From: Tetramitus jugosus
Lineage: Eukaryota > Protista > Heterolobosea
DNA length: 64,000 nucleotides
Assembly: GCA_937625935.1 (NCBI GenBank)
Contig: OW569384.1
Coordinates: 1 to 64,000 of the forward strand
Direction: 5' to 3'
Shown: positions 1 to 9,439 of the stretch, piece after piece
Numbering within the stretch: the stretch's first letter is position 1
How the letters are laid out: every line of letters begins with the position of its first letter
Program-made: the position numbers and the translations under genes
The notes under the pieces: model-generated
The model's input: only the letters and a program-made list of their open reading frames with translations
What the model was told of the DNA's origin: nothing
The model's database searches: none

Positions 1-924
1 CCAAACCCAAACCCAAACCCAAACCCAAACCCAAACCCAAACCCAAACCCAAACCCAAACCCAAACCCAAACCCAAACCCAAACCCAAAACCCAAACCCA
101 AACCCAAACCCAAACCCAAACCCAAACCCAAACCCAAACCCAAACCCAAACCCAAACCCAAACCCAAACCCAAACCCAAACCCAAACCCCAAACCAAACC
201 CAAACCCAAACCCAAACCCAAACCCAAACCCAAACCCAAACCCAAACCCAAACCCAAACCCAAACCCAAACCCAAACCCAAACCCAAACCCAAACCCAAA
301 CCCAAACCCAAACCCAAACCCAAACCCAAACCCAAACCCAAACCCAAACCCAAACCCAAACCCAAACCCAAACCCAAACCCAAACCCAAACCCAAACCCA
401 AACCCAAACCCAAACCCAAACCCAAACCCAAACCCAAACCCAAACCCAAACCCAAACCCAAACCCAAACCCAAACCCAAACCCAAACCCAAACCCAAACC
501 CAAACCCAAACCCAAACCCAAACCCAAACCCAAACCCAAACCCAAACCCAAACCCAAACCCAAACCCAAACCCAAACCCAAACCCAAACCCAAACCCAAA
601 CCCAAACCCAAACCCAAACCCAAACCCAAACCCAAACCCAAACCCAAACCCAAACCCAAACCCAAACCCAAACCCAAACCCAAACCCAAACCCAAACCCA
701 AACCCAAACCCAAACCCAAACCCAAACCCAAACCCAAACCCAAACCCAAACCCAAACCCAAACCCAAACCCAAACCCAAACCCAAACCCAAACCCAAACC
801 CAAACCCAAACCCAAACCCAAACCCAAACCCAAACCCAAACCCAAACCCAAACCCAAACCCAAACCCAAACCCAAACCCAAACCCAAACCCAAACCCAAA
901 CCCAAACCCAAACCCAAACCCAAA
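1..924. repeat. Telomeric repeat array (CCCAAA)n / (TTTGGG)n, chromosome left end
   Basis: About 154 tandem CCCAAA hexamers from base 1 with the C-rich strand 5', as expected at a left end; only minor variants near 85-90 and 187-196. Confidence 0.97.
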
Positions 925-1031
925 TAGGAAAATTGTATCGTGGTGCGTGTTTGTGCAAAAATTGTTTCTTAAAAATGATTCAAAACCTAATAGTGAGGGA
1001 TATTTATGTCTAACATGTCTGGTTGTCCTTC

Positions 1032-4000
1032 TCATAATGATTCGAAGTCCAAGGACAACAAATACTCCCTCACTTTCTTAATATTTTCTTCGTCTACTCT
1101 TGGATGGATTGGATCTTTTGTTTTCGTTACTTCGACCTGATTATTCGTGTCTTGTGTCACTCCTCCTTCAATTTCTTGATTGAACATACTCGGGCATATA
1201 CTTGGATCATTATCCATCAGACTTGTGTTGGTTGGTGAGTAAGTAAAAGAAATACCCTGTTGATTGTCTTCGTTTCTGTTCAAATATTCCTCTATCATAC
1301 TATTCATTGTTGCAGTGTCCATTTCATCAAACTCTTGAGTTACGAGTTGAGATAAAGAAAAGGGATCTTGGTTGTTGGTGGTTGTTTCTGGTATTATAAT
1401 CCTGTTCGGAGTATGAAATTTGAGTTCTGGTTGTTCCACATCCTTCTCCCACGTTAAATCAAGTTTTCTTTTCGTCCCTCTAGGAAGAAAACGTTTTGCT
1501 GCGCTCCCACTTTCGTTTGAGTTCTTCTTTGTAACGTAGTCTTCATAGAACACCTTGTTAATGTATTCATCTCGTTTAGGACCAACAGCAAGTTTTACGA
1601 ACATACTCTTCCCAACATTCAGCAGAATAGATGACCTCTGGTCAGTACTGCCTTTGATATATTCTTGATTTCCATTCAGAACTTCTTGGCATTCGTTAGA
1701 ACTCTCTGCCCACTGCTTAATGTACTTCCGATGATAGACAGACCACGTTGTTTGGTGATTTTTTCCTACGGCGTTCTCGTCCTCTTCACGACATGCTTTG
1801 CCGAGGTTAGGTCTCAATTCTAAAATTCTCTTCTTTACTTGACGAAACGAAACAAATTTTTTAACAGAAGAGGGTGATTTTTTTGGGTGGACGCTGGATC
1901 TTCGTATCTCCCTCAAAGTTGTTCGTACTGGTGTGGTGGGTGTTGATTGTTGATCTGAATCCATCTGCCAGAAAGCTTTCACAATATTTTGAGCCCCTGT
2001 ATGTTGCTGTAAATCTTGCAAGCTTGCAACATTTTGTGAGCAAAAAATTGACATTCGCTCATAGGCATCAATTGATTCATCATTGCTCCATCCGACATGT
2101 CTCTTAATTGCTTGTCTTATGCTATCTTTTATAATACCGTACCTCAAAATGCTTGTGAGCAATGCTTGGCAAATATGGCCACTCCTTAGCGATCTCATCG
2201 TGTATCGGCATTTGAGAATTTCAGCAGAACTTGTTTTCATCAAGTTCGACATATCTTTAGAAGTCATGGGTTGCTCCGTTGTTGCCTGAGTGAATAGGTA
2301 TTCTTCTTGGGCACCTGTTTTCAGAGTAAATTTGTTCCGATCAATCATATCTTGGAGTGATTCAGCCTCGAACACTCCTCTCATGTGAAATAGATACCAT
2401 AACAATGCAAACACAGGACACTCATTGAAATCACTCGACCCATATACTGTGTTGCGAAGTTCTTGACCACCTATACCCTTGTTCTTGTATCCAACATTTT
2501 GAACCACCAAGTAGGTATATTCATCACTCTTCACAGAGGTAAATGTCATATCTTTTAGCTTCATATAGGACAAAGTATCGCCCCTCCAACCAATATGCCG
2601 GCCAAACATGATAATTGCTCTCAATCTCACTTGAGGCTCTCTATTGTCCTTCTTGGATAATGCTCGCTGCCATCTTGCTAAATCGTGGTTCAACAGTGGG
2701 AAAACCTTAAACTTTGAGTTTCCATACTTCCTGATTAAGGCTCGGAACAACTTCTTAATAAACTCTCCCATCTCCTTCTTCAAATCAATTCCTCTTTCCT
2801 CTTTAAGGACAGCGCACAGCTGATTCCAGAAACAATTCACCACAGTACTATGACTGTACTTATAGATTACCCTCATATGCAGCAGATAGAGGCCGGTAAC
2901 ATGCTTACCTGGGTTGTAAAGATCAATAGTCTTCAACTCTTCATGGATCTGCTTTTGTTGTTCTATCCACCCCACCCAACTCCTCCAAGCATAGTCTTGA
3001 ACAAGCTTGGTACCAGGAGCTTGAGATAATTGCATGAGGTTAATCAATTCCTCCATCTGCCTATCCAATGATTGAGTTTCTACTAGGAGCACAGGGACTT
3101 CCCTACAAAAGTCATGTTCTTCCATATTCTTTTCCATCCTTTTGATTGGTTCGACTATCAATTCATCTGTTATTCGTTTTTGTTTTATCTTCTTAGCCCT
3201 GCTTCCAAGTAGTGAGGCCAACTCATTGTCAATATCCTCCATGGCGGTGCCATCTAAACTGGGGCTCTCTGTAGACTCATCAATAGTTATGAGGCCATTC
3301 GCAACTAATGGATGAACAGGTGAAGCTTCTATTTTATTTAGAAAGCTAGTGTACTCTACCTCGATAGTCATTCTTTTGTGTTTCAGTATCGAAAAACGGT
3401 CAGTTGGTACGACTTTTTTTTGGCTACTCGAAGAACCGGAGGTTGGGATTGTCCTCTTTTTGGACTTAGAATCTGTTGGTGGTTCTTTGAGACTACTTAA
3501 AATATCTTTCAGGGCCACCGCAACTCCCTTTTTGGTCAAGAATTCTTTTTTGATGTAGCCATCGACGGTGGCTGGTTTAAATTTGGACATAATCCAAAAG
3601 GGCATTGCTTCCAATTCCTTCAGATCTTCGACCAAACAATTACTGCCTCCCAAAATGGAAATCAAATCCAAAATTGAACTGTCCTTGTTATAGGCAACAG
3701 TGAGATTAACAAGAAATTCCCCCACTCGAATCTCGCGAGCGAAGGAATTGAGCTCCGATCCCACTGGCTCTCTTGATTTGAGAGTTACAAATAGTTTTTG
3801 TCCTTCTTCTTTCGTTTGCCTCTTTCGTACTGCGTACCTCATGCAAGCCACTGTTGAAACTGTCTTGTTCAACGTTTCAAACTCCTTGTCCTCAAGACTT
3901 ATCAAGTCTTTTACTTGTGTGCTGTCTTCCGTAATGATCTTGTTTGGATCAAGACGAAAAAGAGTCTTCTTGAGCCAAGAAATATTTTTTTGTGTTTCTT

Positions 4001-4355
4001 TATCTAGCCCCACTTTGGCGCTCAACTTTTCATACTCTTCTTGGAGTACCAAAATTTCTTGATTTTTCTTCATCACAGTGTCCTTGGCCTCGAGTAACTT
4101 ATTCTGCAGTTGACCGTTGTCAAAGACTTCTTGGTCCAACTTTGTTTGGAGTGTCTTGATTGGGTCTTCATTACTGTCATGGAGGTGGAGGCCATCTCCA
4201 TCTCTAGTGATGATCACAAAGGTTTTTAAAGTGCCGTTGGTGGTTGGTAGCACTGCCGCCAGAGAAGGAGAAAGAGTGAAAGGGATAGGATTTGTGAGAA
4301 TTGTTGGTTGGTTGGTCGTTGGGATTGTTTCCATGACTATTGGGTGCTTGTTCAT
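1032..4355 (-). CDS. Large tyrosine recombinase (core-binding-like plus catalytic domain, long N- and C-terminal extensions); real start possibly ATG at 4334
   Basis: YR motifs in order: IMFGRHIGWR(591)GDTL..MKLKD, YKNK, CPVFALLWYL, EYLF, YTMR(721)SLR(724)SG, H(753)VGW, AY(765)ER; upstream AWRSWVGW and YSHSTV resemble an integrase core-binding domain. Confidence 0.85.
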   Translation of the reverse strand: MNKHPIVMETIPTTNQPTILTNPIPFTLSPSLAAVLPTTNGTLKTFVIITRDGDGLHLHDSNEDPIKTLQTKLDQEVFDNGQLQNKLLEAKDTVMKKNQEILVLQEEYEKLSAKVGLDKETQKNISWLKKTLFRLDPNKIITEDSTQVKDLISLEDKEFETLNKTVSTVACMRYAVRKRQTKEEGQKLFVTLKSREPVGSELNSFAREIRVGEFLVNLTVAYNKDSSILDLISILGGSNCLVEDLKELEAMPFWIMSKFKPATVDGYIKKEFLTKKGVAVALKDILSSLKEPPTDSKSKKRTIPTSGSSSSQKKVVPTDRFSILKHKRMTIEVEYTSFLNKIEASPVHPLVANGLITIDESTESPSLDGTAMEDIDNELASLLGSRAKKIKQKRITDELIVEPIKRMEKNMEEHDFCREVPVLLVETQSLDRQMEELINLMQLSQAPGTKLVQDYAWRSWVGWIEQQKQIHEELKTIDLYNPGKHVTGLYLLHMRVIYKYSHSTVVNCFWNQLCAVLKEERGIDLKKEMGEFIKKLFRALIRKYGNSKFKVFPLLNHDLARWQRALSKKDNREPQVRLRAIIMFGRHIGWRGDTLSYMKLKDMTFTSVKSDEYTYLVVQNVGYKNKGIGGQELRNTVYGSSDFNECPVFALLWYLFHMRGVFEAESLQDMIDRNKFTLKTGAQEEYLFTQATTEQPMTSKDMSNLMKTSSAEILKCRYTMRSLRSGHICQALLTSILRYGIIKDSIRQAIKRHVGWSNDESIDAYERMSIFCSQNVASLQDLQQHTGAQNIVKAFWQMDSDQQSTPTTPVRTTLREIRRSSVHPKKSPSSVKKFVSFRQVKKRILELRPNLGKACREEDENAVGKNHQTTWSVYHRKYIKQWAESSNECQEVLNGNQEYIKGSTDQRSSILLNVGKSMFVKLAVGPKRDEYINKVFYEDYVTKKNSNESGSAAKRFLPRGTKRKLDLTWEKDVEQPELKFHTPNRIIIPETTTNNQDPFSLSQLVTQEFDEMDTATMNSMIEEYLNRNEDNQQGISFTYSPTNTSLMDNDPSICPSMFNQEIEGGVTQDTNNQVEVTKTKDPIHPRVDEENIKKVREYLLSLDFESL

Positions 4356-4407
4356 GACGTGTTAGTATTGATGTACTTTATTGGAGATAGAAAGAGTACT
4401 TACTTAC
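4337..4407 (-). other. Predicted spliceosomal intron in the 5' leader of the YR gene
   Basis: Tandem GTAAGT donors (4407, 4403), perfect TACTAAC branch point (4367-4361), AG acceptors at 4347 or 4337. Confidence 0.65.
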
Positions 4408-4476
4408 TTTTGTTGGTTCGTTTTTTGATTGATAAATGCGTCACTTAGAATTTTAGTGTGGAGAACAATTCTGGTC

Positions 4477-4568
4477 ACACGTTCACGTGTTCCCCCCAAG
4501 CATTGGTGGAGGCCGAAACGTGCACGTGTGAGGGTAAAATCATTTTTTTGGTGACACGTGCACGTGTC
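4477..4568. repeat. Three 14-bp palindromes ACACGTGCACGTGT at 38-39 bp period
   Basis: ACACGTTCACGTGT 4477-4490, AAACGTGCACGTGT 4516-4529, perfect GACACGTGCACGTGTC 4553-4568. Confidence 0.85.
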
Positions 4569-5080
4569 TCCAATTTCGCCAATTGAAGCAGTTGTCCTTG
4601 AACGGGGTTTTTCGTGCTGTAGCAACCATCATCATTATAGAAGGTGAAGTCAAAGAGGATGCCTTTTGATTCCATTGTAGTTGATGTGGTGGTGGTGGAG
4701 ACAATAGAGTAGTGGTTGTTGTCGCCATTGTCGGTAGTGTATCAGATGTTGGTCATGGTGATGATGATGGTGAAGGTAATGATGACATCAACTGTTGTTG
4801 TGTGTTCATCTCAAATCATGTTCATATCAAATGATCAAAACGTCTGTTGTCAGTATGCTAAAAAAATGCAATATCAATAAAATGTCTTACCTTACATTGT
4901 TTGTTTGCTCAAAAGCTCATACCTCACTTGATTGCGTTTTTGGATTGATTTTTCCGCCATCGTTCATCCCTCACTGTTGCTCAAACCCAGTTCATAGTGT
5001 TATGCCATGTACAGTGATGGAAACACAAACAAGGTTAAATTGAAGTTGTTCTTTGTTGTGAGCTTCAATGGTGATCGTTT

Positions 5081-6748
5081 TTACGATTCAAGGGCAGTTA
5101 TGACATCACAAGGGCTATTGCTTACGTAATAACCCAAACCCAAACCCACACCCCCCAGCATTGATACGTACAATGCTGCTGCATACACAGCTTCAATCTT
5201 GCCAACATGCTTCTCTCCTTGTATTGTCCGGAACATTGGGTGAGGAAAGGACTTGATCAATCTTCCGAGTTGCTCAAATAATTTCTTCATGTTTTCCTCT
5301 TTCAGTGCTTCTTTCATCTTGATTGTAATATCATTGTTATCATCCAACTCCAGTCTTGCTGATAGATCACTAATCAATGTTTCTCGAACAGAATTGTTGG
5401 GTACTGTTAGTTTGTTGTCTTTGATCGTCAAGTATCCTGTCTCATGAAGCAACTTTTGCATTGTTTGTGTTGAGGGTTTGATCAACTCACTCAAGTCTAC
5501 AGGCCGAGTAAATTTGTTCACTACTCCTTGCGGTTCAATGATTTCAAGAATGGAGTGAACTGTTGGATCAAATAATGTCCATAGGTGCATGCTTCTACCT
5601 CTTGCTGCCCAGAAAATTTTCGAATTGGTGTTTCTTCAGAAGTTGATTCAGATCCCAAGGATTCAGAAGCCCTTCTGTTGCATCAGCGCAGAATTTGTAG
5701 CCATTATATTCATTGATGATCCTCTCATCCAAGTTGGTGCCATATATTCGCAATAGTTCCTCATATGCATTAGGGTATGTATTTTTCACCTCCTCCAATG
5801 TATATCCTGTCAGTGCACTAAATGAAATATCAGTGGATACATCCTCAAGATCATTCATTGATGAAAATAGATTGGTATATGATAACTTGGACACACCAGT
5901 AATGAACAACAAATGAATCATTGATCCAAGACCCTTGAGTGGAGAAAAGAAAGCTCTGAGCAAGTCTCGATTCTTCCTTGCGAGTGATATATTTCCCACA
6001 TCTGTCATATTCTCAGCAATTGCTTTCGTAATTGGGCTATCATATTCGTCAATCAAAATGATAATTCGTCCAGATTCTGACTGACTAGCAAAATAGCGAA
6101 CAGTCAATTTTAGCATCCGTACAATACTCCCCTTTAGCCGAAACTCTTCTTCAACATCTTCAGGAACTTGCAATCCATTCAGTTTGAAGCTATTCATGAG
6201 CTCATCAAATAATTCAGTAACGAGGTTATGTGCATCTATCAAAGAAAGATCTAAATGTAACACAGGCATTCTTTTCATGAACAAGTCCTCAGAATTGTAG
6301 ATCTCAAATTGTTGTTGGTTGTTCTCTAGTGGTCCAAATGCTTCTCTTTTTCCCCAAGGCAACAAGTTTCATTTGTTCAACAGTCAGAGATTTTCCCATC
6401 TTTCTTGGTCTTGCAAAGAAAATCTTCTTACCACATTCTCGTCTCATGATTCTTTCAATCATCTTGGTTTTGTCAACAAACTTGGCACCAAGTGTTCTCT
6501 CGTCATAGAAGTCTTGGGTTGTTGGAATGATCTCAAGTGATTGATTGCGTTGCTGGGTCTTGAAATTGAAAGAACTGCGGTTCATGAAGACACGATTCGT
6601 CCTTGAACAAAAGATCCGCGAGGAGCACAGCATTGGTTTTTGTTGGTATCTTGGTTTTTTTGTGTTGTTTCAACAAATTTTGCGAGTAGGAATAGATTGG
6701 TGGAACTTGAAAGTATCTAATTGTATCAGATAGCTTCTGGATCAGCAA
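5081..6748 (-). pseudogene. AAA-ATPase-like (PF09820-type, normally fused to a PD-(D/E)XK nuclease) gene, frameshifted
   Basis: FVDKT, RPRKMGKS (Walker A), IILIDEYDSP (Walker B), FITGVSK, YNGYKF, NPWD, ETGYLTI, VPN spread over four ORFs (6533-6748, 6304-6633, 5595-6365, 5081-5590). Confidence 0.85.
5131..5147. repeat. Interstitial telomeric tract AACCCAAACCCAAACCC
   Basis: 17-bp perfect match to the terminal repeat, same orientation. Confidence 0.8.
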
Positions 6749-7587
6749 ACAGAGTGCATTTACACTTCAGATTTTGAGTAAATACAGTAGTAAAACTTCA
6801 GTTGCCAAGAATTGAAGAAGTTACTCTATCCAAACTACACTGTATCCGAACTAATTGAGTCAATAGAAAGTATGGTAACAGATGAGAGAGTCTCAGAAAG
6901 AAGTAGAATTGATGATAACTTCTGTACTCAGACAGTTCGTCCCACTCTACCAATTAACCCATAATGCAGAAATTATCAGTTCATTTTGAAGATTGTGAAT
7001 GCCATTGAATCAATACTGCAGGCAAACCTAGATATCAACAATAACAATCAATCTGTTTTCATTATCATACATCAAAGATGACAAAAAGATATCCATCCAT
7101 AGCAATGGAAACAATTCTAGTCAAAGAACCAGTTTGCTTGATAGTAGATTTGAATTTTATGAAAATTGGTGTCGAACCTATATTGATCAGTCCAATGTGA
7201 CACTATACGAAAACAACAGTCAAGATTGTCACGTTGAATGATGATCAAGCAAAACCCCAACCACACCCAAAACGTTCAAACAGGAACTCACTCGCTCATT
7301 CAATTGAACAACATCATGGAAGCTCTCGCGATTCAAGATTGGTATTTTGTATACTCTGCATACAGCAACTTGTTCGTATTATGGAAAAAAGTTCAACAAG
7401 ATTAGACGTTTTCAAGGTCAAGTTTAATTGATTTGAGTCAGTTGCAAGCATGGCGTAATTTTTGCTCACAGTCAATCCACACTGATGTATGACCCACTGT
7501 CTGTCTATCTTCACAACACTAACAATGTGATTGTCACTGCCGCAATCGCTTATAAGGATCTCTTGTAATACGTGACGATCACCAGAA

Positions 7588-7685
7588 GCAAACCAGGTAC
7601 ATGTACTGTCGGTAAACTTTACCAGGAAGTGAACTCTCTTTACCTGGTTGGCAAACCAGGTAAATGTGATAGTGGTAAACCTGGT
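7588..7685. repeat. Cluster of five ACCWGG motifs including an 11-bp perfect hairpin
   Basis: TTTACCTGGTT-ggca-AACCAGGTAAA at 7639-7664; further copies near 7592, 7621 and 7679. Confidence 0.7.
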
Positions 7686-7699
7686 GCTCTTGCATCATT

Positions 7700-8094
7700 T
7701 CTGAAAATATAACTGTGATGCTGTCCAGTGTTTCACTACTTGACACACTCTGATACGAATAGGGAACAAGGTAGATTCCTTGAACTTGGAAAACTCGAGC
7801 TTATCGAGTGAAATATCCTTTGGTGGCAGGTTGTACCTGTTGGTCCAATTGTTCGATCAAGCCTTCCGACGTAGTAAAGGACTGATACGTCATCATGAAC
7901 GAGTGAAGGAATGAATTGTCAAACAAGCTAGGTGATGTCAACAGACCAAGCAAGACTAGTTTAGGCAACGTAGCAGCCCTGACAGTTCTCTTCAAACTAT
8001 TCACAGTATCAGACTTTTCCAATGACAGAATTCTTGATAATTGTGTTTTAAAAAACAAGGACTTCCGAGTCGAGAAACCTCCTTCATCGATCAT
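7700..8094 (-). pseudogene. RasGEF N-terminal (REM) domain fragment
   Basis: VRAATLPKLV...FLHSFMMTYQSFTT..LIEQL, then in another frame PIRIRVCQVVKHW; no GEF catalytic domain follows. Confidence 0.7.
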
Positions 8095-8099
8095 AGGTG

Positions 8100-8834
8100 T
8101 TACAACTTGTTGCTCTGCAATTGCTTTACTCTTTCTTTGAGTCTCTTTATCTCCTTCTTCATATAGATCTCTTTCGCCAACATCAGCTCTTTATCCTTTT
8201 GGGCTAACATCAGCTCATTCTCCTTTTGGGCCAACTCTTTATCCTTTTGGGCCAACATCATGACCATTTCTTTATCCTTTTGGGCCAACATCAGCTCTTT
8301 CTCCTTTTGGGCCAACATCAGCTCCATATCTTTCTTGAAAAGTTCTTTCTCTTTCTTGGCCAACGTAACCTTTGTTTCTCTCAGCTCCTTGCGCATTGAA
8401 GTTGACACACCAGAGAGGGAACTTACTTGAGAGGAGGAGGAGGAAACTGAGATGTCATCGGAAGAACCTATTGAACGATTTAAACCCCTCTCAGCCTTAA
8501 TGGAATGAAACTTATCCCTCTTTGATACCATCTGGTCTTCGGCTTTGAAGTAAATGTACTTGGCATTTTTTCTATTCAAATGAGTTGTTGCCCCGGTCTT
8601 GAGAAACTCCAAGGCATGATCGGTATGATCGCATTTCACCAGGTGAACTTGAAAGATCTTTTTGTCATCTTCGGCATTGAAAGCTATCTTCCTCACGATG
8701 CCTGGTTGATTCAATACCATTCGACTTTGAGGAAGAGGGACCCTCTCATTAAAGATGTCATTGAGGAATGCTCGAAAACCGTGATATTGAGCTGAAATTT
8801 CAATTGTGACTACAACTCCTGGCACTTGATTCAT
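8100..8834 (-). CDS. Hypothetical protein with C-terminal coiled-coil tandem repeats
   Basis: 244-aa ATG ORF with ELMLAQKDK-type repeats. Confidence 0.65.
   Translation of the reverse strand: MNQVPGVVVTIEISAQYHGFRAFLNDIFNERVPLPQSRMVLNQPGIVRKIAFNAEDDKKIFQVHLVKCDHTDHALEFLKTGATTHLNRKNAKYIYFKAEDQMVSKRDKFHSIKAERGLNRSIGSSDDISVSSSSSQVSSLSGVSTSMRKELRETKVTLAKKEKELFKKDMELMLAQKEKELMLAQKDKEMVMMLAQKDKELAQKENELMLAQKDKELMLAKEIYMKKEIKRLKERVKQLQSNKL
8171..8364. repeat. Coding minisatellite (~27-nt unit)
   Basis: Repeated tccttttgggccaacatcagctc. Confidence 0.85.
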
Positions 8835-9439
8835 TTTGATGTTTAATGATTTTTTGTTCGGTCCAACCGTAGAGAATTTATCGCTCGTATTTGGCGCCTC
8901 GGAGAAACTTTGCGAGGGGTGTATGGACCGGCAACATGAACAGGACTGAGAAACGAATATTTGGTTTCATTACTCTATCGAGATATTCTGTCCAGCAGCG
9001 ACCTGCCTGAGTGATAAATTCATTTTGCATGACACCGACAGTCACATCGAAAGGCATAGGATTTTCTCTGCTAGAGCTGCTGCCGGATAACGACCATGCA
9101 TAGTGAGACGATGATGCAATTTTTGCCTCCACAATGCAACACGGAACAAGGATGCTGCCAAAAACAACAGCAGACAAGACCAAAATCTTCAATGCCATGA
9201 CACATTGAACAAAACAGCAACTAAAGGGGGCAACATATGGTGTTTGGACAAGCGAAGAATGAGGGATCATTAATATCATTAAGTAATTAATGAATTAATT
9301 GTATGTATGGATGAATGCATGTATCATGTGTTATATTGGATGGATTATGATATGTGTTGTGTATGCATATAATTTGATTGACCTGTGTGTCACCCAGTAG
9401 TTTATTTATTGTTGTTATTGTTGTTGAGCATTAGATATA

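Larger units (their letters stand above)
925..5130 (-). mobile_element. Candidate telomere-inserted tyrosine-recombinase (Crypton-like) element
   Basis: Single YR gene, no RT/RNase H, no TIRs; flanked on both sides by same-orientation CCCAAA repeats (1-924 and 5131-5147). Boundaries are inferred. Confidence 0.5.

Noticed and set aside
85-196. Telomere repeat variants (CCCAAAA, CCCCAAA, CCAAA)
   Set aside because: Single-base homopolymer changes, most likely read errors
1032-4355. DIRS/Ngaro retrotransposon or protelomerase call
   Set aside because: No RT/RNase H or split/inverted terminal repeats; the end carries simple repeats rather than a hairpin target
4477-4568. CRISPR-like array (repeat-spacer periodicity)
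   Set aside because: Only three 14-bp repeats, eukaryotic context, no cas genes
8878-9279. 133-aa ORF
   Set aside because: No recognisable motif; overlaps the probable promoter of the 8100-8834 gene
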